NCBI RefSeq assembly: GCF_963921235.1
Contig: NC_086097.1
Location: forward strand, 91,080,001-91,144,000
Length of the DNA: 64,000 nt
Direction of reading: 5' to 3'
Origin: Mobula hypostoma
Lineage: Eukaryota
This document shows positions 52,356-64,000 of this stretch, one piece after another. Under the pieces are notes generated by a model, which was given only the letters and a program-made list of their open reading frames with translations, ran no database searches and was not told where the DNA came from. The position numbers were made by a program, and so were the translations under genes. Every line of letters begins with the position of its first letter. Position 1 is the stretch's first letter.

Positions 52356-53994
52356 TATCTCAGGTCCTCTAGTCCTGGCAATATGTTTCTAAATGTTCTC
52401 TACACTCTCAATCTTATTGATATCTTTCCCGTAGGTAGGTGACCAAAACTACACACAATACTCCAAATTAGACCTCACCAGATCTTTTACAACTTCAATA
52501 CAACATCCTAATTCCAGCACTCAGTGCTTTAATTTATGATGATCCTACCTACCTGTGACATCACTTTCAAAGAACTATGGATCTATATTCCGAGATCCCT
52601 CTGTTCCACCACACTCTGCAGTGCCCTACTGCTCACCTTGAAAGCTCCACTCTCCTATGTCCCCCCCCCACCCCCACAAAATGCAACACCTCATACTTAT
52701 TTGCATTAAGTCCCATTTGCCATTTTTCAGGCCGTTATTCCAGCTGGTCGGGCTCCCGCTGCAAGCTTTTATAGCCAGAGAAAATGTCTAATACTCCACC
52801 GTAGAGCTAATGCAGCATGGCAGCCTATGGCAAGGACTAGTGGCCATAAATTGGAAGCCAAGTTGATAGTTCCCACCCAAGGATTCCAGCCCAGGCCAAT
52901 ATAGCCCAGGGCCCAAGAAATTCCTCGTGTAGACAAATCAGTTAACTAGCATAAGATTTACTTTCTAATTCTCACTTGTTCTCCATGAGATATGATTAGT
53001 CTTGCTTTTTCTGATGGCAGATTTGGCTTGTCCTACTTAGGGAGGTAATGATATACTTGGCCTTCTGGTTGCACACTGTGTTTCACGGTTTCATTTTTGG
53101 TCAATCTCCGAAGAACAACATCAAGATCTGAAGCCACCTTGTGTGTCCTTGCAAGATTCCTTGGTCAGGCGTTAAGCTGCTAGCTGCTCATCTGGTGAAC
53201 CTTTGCAAGCACTGCATGCTGAAGAAAAAAAATTGTTTACCATTTGAAACCCATAAGCTCATAAATATTTTATTTTCAAAAGATTATTCTGACCTTTTTT
53301 CCAATATACATCAGTTTGTAGTTGATCAATATGCAGCCGGCAGCACAAAGTTGTGTGATTGTGACCTTTCATCTCTAATGTGCCTCTTTCCTTTTTTTTC
53401 TGTCTCTCTACCCCACCCCCAGCCATATATCTCCTTGGTTTCATGGATCCAAAGAGAAAACCAACATCAGGATTACCAGGAGAAGGTCGGTGTTCTGAAA
53501 GAATATAATGGATAATGACCAAGTCAGTTTTAGTCCATGGAAAGCAGCTGATGAATATACCACTGCAATCTGGTCCATCCAGAAGAAGATTCATAATTAA
53601 TTGACAATGCATTCACATCTCAGGCTGACCCCACTTGTTACACTGCTGTTGGCACTGGCATCCCTTCAACCTTTGAACTCTTTATCCATTAGTCAAGAGT
53701 CCATCGCTCAGGCATGCCATGCTTTCTCAGGAATCCATGATTTCCAGAGATATGTTTGCTGTTCTCCATCTGATGAAGAGTTACATCATTGCCATTAAAA
53801 AAGCACAAGACATTTCAAACATCAATATACCAATTATAAGAGCACGGATGGGAGGAGATTACCAGCAGGAATTGAGGAAGCCTTTAGATTTATCACTGGA
53901 ATACTGGAGGTAATAGCTAACTATATTTTCGATCAGCAGATCAAAATAATAGGAGCAATCATCTTTGGCTACCTTATCTTCATTTTAGTAGTGC

Positions 53995-54017
53995 ATTTGA
54001 CCTTTTGTATTCTTCAG
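53995..54017 (+). promoter_or_regulatory. Probable 3' splice acceptor of the TMEM121 coding exon
   Basis: Pyrimidine tract ccttttgtattcttcag ends at 54017, 76 nt before the ATG with no upstream ATG in between. Mammalian TMEM121 has a non-coding first exon. Confidence 0.6.
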
Positions 54018-54045
54018 CTACGTGGAGATATTCCTTTAGTCCTGA

Positions 54046-55032
<987 letters not shown>

Positions 55033-56128
55033 CAGCAAGCAAGTCAACTATGAACTGGGAAACAGATCATTTCCAAAAGTAGTCCAGGAAGAGTAACAAT
55101 GGGAAAGAAATACTTCCAGACTCTGGGTGGCAATGACTGCTCCATATCCAATAAGAATCCATGGATGGGCTAACAGCAATCTGTGCTCACCCCACTCTCA
55201 ATTTTCTCTTCTTCCTATTGCTGACCTCTTGCTATAACTCAGGTATGACAAGGAGAATTTGACGACAGCTCTGGGATGGTTACAAAACAACTCTTCAAAA
55301 GAATACTCTTGCCCTGGAACTTGAAGCCACCAAAAGAAGTCACAACTAGGTGTTTTTATTCCATAGTCAATGACCTATTGGATTTGTCATTCTCAAGACC
55401 AAGACTTTAATGTCCAAATTTCTAACATCTGAAATGAATGTGTTTATTATGATGGCAACCATTTTACAAACATATTTTGAGATCTAACTGTATTTTCAGA
55501 TGCAGAGTATTTAAATTATTTCAGAAATTACATTTCTGCCAAATTTTAACAGAAGACATCTGGGAAAGTAAAGGAAAGGATGTGAATTAACCTTGCTGTG
55601 TCTCTGACTGATTGGCCTTGAATTGTTACCTCTTTCTGTGCAGGTAGATGTGCATTATCTCGTTGCCTTCATCTCTTTCACACTTCCAACTCATGATTGT
55701 TAATTTAATCCCAAAATCTGCAACTCCTGAGAAATCCACTCAGGCTTTTGATCTAAGCCACTGATGGAAGCTGATGGCCAGTGCAACAATGAAAAGACAT
55801 GTTAAAATTTGACCATAGATCAAATCACAAGCAGTTGTTGCCATGAAGTCCACAGTCATGCAGAACAGAAACAGACACGCTGTCCATAAATTATGTATTG
55901 CTTCAAAATAACATAATGGAAAGGTTTAAATGTGTATTTCATCCATTTTAATCACAAGATTATGTTCTTCCATTGGAGTTCTTCCATTGGACTTTTTATA
56001 CGTTGATAGACTAAACCACGTCTCATCTAATTGCTTGTGTGAATTCCAGCACTGTTTATTTAATGGGGTTGAGGAAACACTTTTGGATAACCAGATTAAG
56101 TTGACAAAGAAAGCAACCATGATTTGTT

Positions 56129-56134
56129 AATAAA
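56129..56134 (+). terminator. Candidate poly(A) signal of TMEM121 (alternatives at 56439 and 56555)
   Basis: AATAAA hexamers at the end of a repeat-poor AT-rich tract downstream of the stop codon. Confidence 0.4.
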
Positions 56135-57099
56135 CAGCTGTGAGCCAGTGGGGTTTATGAAGCATATTGTAAATCTAAAGTTACTGGTGGAAGAAGAAAA
56201 GTGAGAAAAGGAATTACTCAATTTCAAGCACAGTAGGTGTGCTTTTCTGAGTCTCTTTCTTGTGCTTGGTGTACATTGTCAGTCCATCCCTGTCATTACC
56301 GAGCTAACAGGCGCTGGTGTCTGCAAAGAGGCACTCACTCCCCCATCAGTCACTCAAATGCAAGGTTACATTAAATCATTTTTCATGTTTGTGTTCTCAC
56401 AGAGAAAGGTAGGAACTGAGTTGAATTGCTTAAGATGAAATAAAAGATATTTGTTTGACAAACAATGTGGACTTATCATATTGGAATAATGAGGGGAAAT
56501 TTCAGGGTTTAATAAGAAATCTGAGCTCAAGAAATCAACTCTTCCCAATAGAAAAATAAATAGTGTAACAATGCTGTTTTAAACAGAAAACTGTTATATC
56601 TTAAAGATCGCACTTTTGATTAATTTTGTCACATTAGTTATTCATTTTTCAGGTTTTGCTTATCATTACAAAACCCAAACTATGGCTATATTTAAGGAGA
56701 GGCTAGATCAGTATATAGGGATAACGAATTTGAGGTTCAAACATAGTTTCAGATGAAGAAGGACAGGAGGAGGCTCAAGTGGAACATAAATACAAACATG
56801 GCTGGGCTGAGTGGTATGTTCCAATATCCTATACAATCTTGTTCCTCAAAGTAAGAAGATTATTGGCTCAAGCTCTAATCCAGAGGCTTGAGTTCATAAC
56901 CCAGCCTACTGTAGCCTGTACTGTGCTAAGAGAGTACTGTATGTTCCACCTTTTCGATGAAATGCTATTGAGGTTCTCCAAGACCCTATTAGCCCTTTCA
57001 GGTGAAATTAGAATATGTCATAACACTACAGGAAAAGGGTTCCTGGTCAATACTTCAACCAATATCACATGACCATGTCACTATTCCCAATAATAAAAA

Positions 57100-59395
57100 C
57101 AGTTACAGAGTCATGCAGCACACAAAGGGACTCTTCAGCCCAACTCATCTGTGCTGACCAAAACATCCATCCAAGCTTGTCCCATTTACCCATGTTTAAC
57201 CATATCCTTCTCAACCTTTTTTATCCTTGTGTCTGTCCAAAGTTGTAATTGTACCTGCCTCATACATTCCTGGCAGCTAATTTTATATACGTACCACCCT
57301 CTGTATAAAAAAAGTTTCCCCTCAGGTTAGTACATAGAATAGTACAGCACAGTACAGGCCCTTCGGCCCACAATGTTGTGCCTTTACTGTGCGTACTATT
57401 CTATGTTAATAAATCTTTCCACTCACCTTAAGTCCGTGCCCTCTAGTTCTTGATTCTGCAACTTTGGGGTAAAGACTGAGTGTGTTCACCTTATCAATGC
57501 ACCACATGACTTTATGCACTTCTATAAGATCAATTCTCAATCTCCTGTGCTCCAAGGAAAAATGCTCTGGTCTGTTCAACTTCTTCCTGTAACTGTCCAC
57601 CCAGCAATGGCTGCATCTTTCTAAATCTTTTCCTGCACTCTTCAGTTTAATAACACATTTCCTTATGCAGAGTGGTAAAAACGGAACACAATAATCCAAG
57701 TACTGCTTCACCAGTGTCTTGTACAACTGCTAGCTAACCTCCCAGTTTCTTTACTCAGTGCTCTGAGTTTTGCAGGGCAGTGTGCTAAAGACCTTCTTCA
57801 CCACCCTGTGACTCCACTTTCAAGGAACCATGTACCTGAGCATCAAAGTCCCTCTGTTCTATATCACTTTTCAAAGCTCTACTGTTTACTGTGAAAGTCC
57901 TACCTTGATTTGACTTACCAAAATGCAAAATCTCACACTCATCTGAATTAAACATCATTTGCCTTTTTCTGGCCTACTAATTCAGCTTATTAACATGGGA
58001 TATAAATCCTAATAATGATCTCCACTGCTAATGATACCAATATCTAGCACCCTTCTGCAAACTTAATAACCATGCCCTTTAGATTCTCATCCAATCATTG
58101 ATATTGATGACAAACAACATTTGGCTCAGCACCGACACCTGAAGCACAAAACTAATCACCTCAACGTTCCACCATCACCCTCTGTATTTCCAATTAGCCA
58201 CCACTCCTGGATTTCATACTATCTAACTTTCCAGAGCAGCCTACCACATGGAACTTTATCAAAGACCCTACTGAAATCCATATAAACTGTCTACTGCCAT
58301 ACCATCATCACCTTTCTAGTCACTTCATCAAAAAAAAATTCAACCAAGTTCTAAAGCGTAAAGCCGTTTTGACTACCCCAGTCTAGCCCTGTCTTTCCAT
58401 GTTTCAAAGGTACATTTAATGCCAAAGAAATGTATACAATATACATCCTGAAATGCTTTTTCTTCGCAACCATCCACAAAAACTGAGGAGTGCCCCCAAA
58501 GAATGAATGACATTTAAATGTTAGGTCCCCAAAGTCCTCCCCAGCTCCCCTACTTCCCGTGCCTAAGCGGCAGCTAGCAAAGATCCCCCTCCCCCCACTG
58601 GCAAAAAAAAACATCTGCACCCACTATCGAGCACTCAACCATGAGCAAAGCAACAACAAAGACACAGGTTTGCAGTACCTCGAAGACTACCTATTCACAC
58701 GGTATTTGACATGCCACAGGCTCTCTCTCTCCCTAATAAGGGAGAAAGCGATGTCTCCATTTCACAGCAAGGGGGGAGACATAATAAACAACTCACTGGT
58801 TTATGAAGTTAAAAGTCTGTTGTGTTGATTTTTTCCGAGCTCTGTGTCCAAAGATCTCGATCTCTGGGCACACAGCCAGAGATCTTCCATCTCCATTGAC
58901 ACCGATCTCCTGCAGAGGAAACGACCTCCGATCCCTCCGTCTCCAGAGCCACAAAATCTCAGTCCTCCGAAGGTGAGCAAAGCACTTAGGCCGAGCCCTT
59001 GGCGTGCTGAACAATGGCCATTCATGAAACCCCGAGAGCAGGTTCCATTCCGCAAAGAACTGTAGTCAGCGTGTAACTCCAGGTCAGGGTCTTCAAAAGA
59101 ACCCTGAAAGGGAAAAATAGAGATATTAAAGATGGAAATAGAGCCGTTTCCGAAGAGGCAAGCAAAGGAGTTGCCGTTAGGTGCCATTAATCCTCCTAAG
59201 CTATACCTGTATAGCATATCCTTCAGATTCCTCTTCAGTAACTTACAGGCCACAGATTTTAAGCTTTCTGGTCTTTGGTCTTTTGCAGCCCTTCTTAAAT
59301 TAAGGAACGGCATTTACTATCCTCCAATCTTCTGGCACCTGACCTATGGCTAACATTGATGCAAGTATCTTAGCCAGGGTTCTTGCAATAACTGC
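57100..59395 (-). mobile_element. Old CR1 RT/3' fragment interrupted by an unclassified element at ~58390-59200
   Basis: YKTLVKQYLDYCV and ESRTRGHGLK motifs; the CR1 resumes at ~59205 (VPEDWR). Confidence 0.7.
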
Positions 59396-62300
59396 CCTAA
59401 ATGCATCCAGTGACCTAGCCCCCACAGCCACCTGTGGCAGTGAATTCCACAGATTCACCACCCTCTGGCTAAAGAAATTCCTTCTCATCTCTGTTCTAAA
59501 TGTATGTCCCTCTATTTGAGGTTGTGCTGTCTAGTCCTAGACTCCCCCACCAAAGGAAACATTGTCTCCACATCCACTTTACTTAGCCATTTCAACATTC
59601 GATAGGTGTTAATGAGATCCCCCTCTCATTCTTCTAAATTCCTGTGATTACAGGGACAGAGCCTTCAATCACTGTTCGTATCATAACTCTTTCATTCTTG
59701 GATTCCCATGAACCTCCTCTGAACCCATTCCAATGTCAGCACATCCTTTGTTAAATAAGGGAACCAAAACTGCACAGCATCCCATCCTTGATTTTATTAT
59801 CTAGTCTTCTTGAAATGAATATTAAAGTTGCTTTTGCCCTCCTCACCACCGAATTAACCTGGAAATTAACCTTTAGAGAATCTTGTACGAGGACTTTGAA
59901 ATTCCTTTGCACCTTGGATTTTTGAATTTTTTCCTCACTTAGAAATTAGTCTATGCTTCTATTCCTTCTGCCAAAGTGCATGACTATACACTTCCTGGCA
60001 CTGTATTCTGTCTGCAACCTCTTTGCCCATTCTCCTAATTTGTCTAAATTCTTCTGCACCCTCTCTGCTTCCTCAACAGTACCTGCCCCTCCACCTATCT
60101 TTGTAATGAACCGCAAACTTTGCCACAAAGCCATCAATTTCATCATCGAAATTGTTGACATATAATGTAGAGAAAAGCGGTCCCAATACAGAACCTTATG
60201 GAACACCACTAGTCACTGGCAACCAATCCAAAAAGATCCCTTTATTCCCACTCTTTGCCTCCTGTCAATCAGCCATTGCTCTATCTATGCTAGTACCTTT
60301 CCTGTAATGACCTGGGCTCTTATCTTGTTTAGCAGAAAGAATTCCAACAGATTTGTCAGGCAAGATTTTCCCTTGAGGAAACCATGCTGACTTTGGGCTA
60401 TATTCTCATGTGCCTCCAAGTACCCCAAAACTTCATCATTAACAAACGACTCCAACATCTTCCCAACCACTGAGATCAGGCTATCTGGCCTATAATTTCC
60501 TTTCTTCTGCCTCCTTCCCTTCTTGAAGAGTGGAGTGACATTTGCAATTTTCCAGTACTCCAGAGCCATGCTGGAATCCATTATTTCTTTAAGGGTCATT
60601 ACTAATGCCTCCACAATCTCTCCAGCAACCTCTTTTAGAAACCTGGGGAGTAGGCCGTCTGGTGCAGTTGACTTATCTACCTTCAGACCTTCCATTTCCC
60701 AAGCACAATCTCCTTAGAAATAACAACTATACTCATTTCCTCCCCCTGACACTCTTGAACTTCTGGCATATTACCAATGTCTCCCACGATGTCTTTCGCC
60801 ATTTCTTTGTCCTCTTTACTATCTCTGCAGCATTATTTCCCAGCAGTCCAATATCTACTTTTGGCTCTCATTTTCTCTTTATATATCTGAAAAAGGTTTT
60901 GGTATCATTTTGATATTATTGGTATAGAAACATAGAAACATAGAAAATAGGTGCAGGAGTAGGCCATTCGGCCCTTCGAGCCTGCACCGCCATTTATTAT
61001 GATCATGGCTGATCATCCAACTCAGAACCCAGCCTTCCCTCCATACCCCCTGACCCCTGTAGCCACAAGGGCCATATCTAACTTCCTTTTAAACATAGCT
61101 AATGAACTGGCCTCAACAGTTTGCTGTGGCAGAGAATTCCACAGATTCACCACTCTCTGTGTGAAGAAGTTTTTCCTAACCTCGGTCCTAAAAGGCTTCC
61201 CCTCTATCCTCAAACTGTGACCCCTCGTTCTAGACCTCCCCAACATCGGGAACAATCTTCCCGCATCTAGCCTGTCCAATCCCTTTAGGATCTTATACGT
61301 TTCAATCAGATCCCCCCTCAATCTTCTAAATTCCAACGAGTACAAGCCCAGTTCATCCAGTCTTTCTTCATATGAAAGACCTGCCATCCCAGGAATCAAT
61401 CTGGTGAACCTTCTTTGTACTCCCTCTATGGCAAAGATGTCTTTCCTCAGATTAGGGGACCAAAACTGCACACAATACATCTTTTCTCCACTTATGGCTT
61501 TTTAGTTTCCTTTAGTTGGTTTTTAGTACTGATACATTTTACCTTAGCTTCTCCCTCTCAAATTGCAGGGTGACCTCCATCATATTATGATCATTGATTC
61601 CTAAGGGTCCATTATCTTAAGCTCCCATAACATATCCAGTTCATTACATACATCCAATCCAGAATTGTAGAACCACAAGCTGAGAATTGGTCAACTACAA
61701 GCTGCTCCAAAAAGCTATCCCACATTTTTTTTTGTCTTGGGATCCAGCGTCAACTTGATTTTCCCATTCTATCTGCATATTGAAATCCCCCATAACAAAT
61801 ATAACATTGCCTTTTCAACATGTTTTTTTTTCTATTTCCCACTGTAATTTGCAGACCACATCTTTCCTGCTGTTCAGAGGCCCATCAAGGTCTTCCTACC
61901 CTTGCAGTTTCTTAATTCTACCTATATTCCAATCCTATGGTATGTCTTTTTACCAGCAAAGGCACTCTACCCCCTTCCTACCTGCCTGTCCTTTCAATAG
62001 ATTGTGTATCTTTGGATATTAAGCTCCCAACTAGAATCATCTTTCAGCCATGACTATGTGATACCCACAATGTCATACTTGCCATTCTTAGTTGTGCTAC
62101 AAGATCATCTACCTTATTCTGCATACTGCATGTAATAAACTATAACACCTTCCGTCCTGTATTTGTCACCCTTTACAATTTGGTCCACCTTTTCCACTGC
62201 ATCCTATTCCTCCCACTGCAATTTTTCCCTATCATCTGCCCATCCCTCCTGACAGCCTCACTATACACTACCTCTGCTAGTAAACCCACATCCTTATCCT

Positions 62301-62700
62301 CAGCCCTATCACACTGGTCCCCACCTCCCTGCCAAATTAGTTAAACCCTCCCTAACCAGCCTACAAGGATATTGGTCCCCCCTGGGTTCAGATGTAACCC
62401 ATCACTTTTGTACAGGGTGTACTTACCCCAGAAGAGATCTAAATGATCCATAAATCTGCCCCCTGCACCAGTTCCTCAGCCACGCATTCACCTGTCAAAT
62501 CATCCTATTCTTGCCCTCACTGGCATGTGAATAAGCAGCAATCCAGAGATTACTACCCTGGAGGTCCTGCCTTTTAGCTTTCCAACCTGGCTCTCGAAAT
62601 TTTCTCTTTAGGACCTCCTCCCTTTTCCTCCCTATGTACCAGGACATCTGGTTGCTCATCCTCCCGCTTTACTATGTCGTGGATATGTTCGAGTCTTCCC
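59395..62700 (-). mobile_element. Old near-full-length CR1 (ORF1 esterase ~62340-62700), interrupted by a young CR1 3' end
   Basis: NFFSQRVVNLWNSLP, GKMLES and SQHGFLKGKSCLTNLLEFF motifs; ORF1 end caaattagttaaaccctcc as at 17970. Confidence 0.8.
60925..61479 (-). mobile_element. Young CR1 3' fragment
   Basis: Open YCVQFWSP...GYGGKAG frame; tagaaaca-repeat tail. Confidence 0.88.
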
Positions 62701-63804
62701 ACACCTTGGCACAAGTTCTTGGACAAGTTGTTTCTGGTCAGGCCCTGTAGATTTGTTTAACTTCATACATTTTAAGACATCTAGTACTTATTCTATAGTT
62801 AAGCAGACTACCCTTAAAATATCCCCATTAAATTTCCTTCATTCCCAAGTCTTCATGCTTTTCTCCCATCTCCAGCTGCTCTACACAAAGGTGTCCGTTT
62901 GGTCTCTTAGGGGCCCTATTCTTGCTCCAGATACCGTTTTTCCTAAATATGCTTAATCTTCTCTGACAAATTCAGCTTATGCCCCTTTTTGCCCCCCCCC
63001 CATTTTCTTTTAGTGTATACACCTGTTTCTCTATAAATTTTTCACTGTATTTCTTGATGTTGCAGCTGCAGCTAAGTTTTTATAAATATATCACTGGTTG
63101 AACGTGTTTCAGATATCAAAGTTGAAAGGAATTATATAAATCCAAGTTATCTTGGATCAATAGGTGTTAAATAGGTGATATGGGAAGGGTCGTACCTAAA
63201 TAGCATTTGGTCATGCAAGTCTACTGTTAATCCAACCTTCTATCGGATAAAATTTAATCTTTCAATTCAGCTACTTATATTTTAGGCAGGTCTTTCATAA
63301 ATGTACAATTAATATTTATGCAATTTATGAGTCTGTACATGAAAACTTTACAGCTGAAGCTTATCCACCATTGAAAATAGACGAGTAAAGGTGGAGGAAA
63401 AACATCAAGGGTATTCACCATCAACAAAATTATCTAAATTCCTCTGTTTCTGAATTCATGTCACAATGAATATTAAGAAAATAATATTTAGGTAGAGTTC
63501 TGAATATCAACATCTAATCTTAATGCCAGCAGCCAGTAACAAATGAAGCTATCTGTCACCTTTTAAAATTAATTTAATCCAACTGTGTCAATGATTAATG
63601 ATAGAGATGTAGATATGCTGATTTTACTTTGAGGGTTGTGGTATTTAATCTATGCATTACTGGCTTTCCAATCAGAATTACATACAATTTACATTATAGG
63701 CATAAATATTTAGTCCAACAGTTCTAAGCTGCACATAATATTTTCCTTTATCATCTAACTGTATCACCATATCCTTCTTCTCTTTATCATCCATCTATTA
63801 ATCT

Positions 63805-64000
63805 TGGGGTAGGCTCAAGGGTGATGTGAGGGGTAAGTTTTTTACTCAGAGGGTCGTGGATGCCTCAACTGCGCTGCCTGGTATGGTGGTAAAGGCAAAT
63901 ACATTAGAGCGTTTAAACAGACATTTGGATAGACACATGGATATAAGGAAGATGGAGGGATATGGGCATGGTGTAGGTTGGAGGGATTAGTGTTTGGGTG
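63805..64000 (+). mobile_element. CR1 3' fragment
   Basis: ttttttactcagagggtcgtg (FFTQRVV) and downstream CR1 3' end sequence. Confidence 0.7.

Noticed and set aside
53141..53913. Short ORFs as extra TMEM121 coding exons
   Set aside because: No homology recognised, and the TMEM121 N-terminus is complete at 54094
58801..59313. 170-aa ORF as a novel gene
   Set aside because: It spans a CR1/unclassified-repeat junction and has no recognisable domain

Overview
This is repeat-dense vertebrate DNA, most likely from a cartilaginous fish (ray/skate; inferred from the repeat families and the TMEM121 sequence). The only host gene recognised is the single coding exon of TMEM121 (54094-55032, +). The rest is a nested mosaic of CR1 LINEs (several subfamilies), Rex1/Babar LINEs, a Tx1/L1 fragment, tRNA/V-type SINEs, a mariner MITE, a decayed sushi-type Gypsy element and a non-autonomous two-LTR element. 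Four signals stand out. (1) A family of short palindromic Penelope-like insertions with 11-13 bp TSDs carries minimal hammerhead-ribozyme cores, intact on both arms at 30.3 kb. (2) One of these insertions is the only visible lesion in an otherwise open CR1 ORF2. (3) A TRIM-like LTR element has minisatellite-swollen LTRs and a Tf1/sushi-type self-priming site instead of a tRNA PBS. (4) An unexplained ~170 bp duplicated segment has C/D-box-like motifs. All calls were made by eye, and boundaries of old repeats are approximate.
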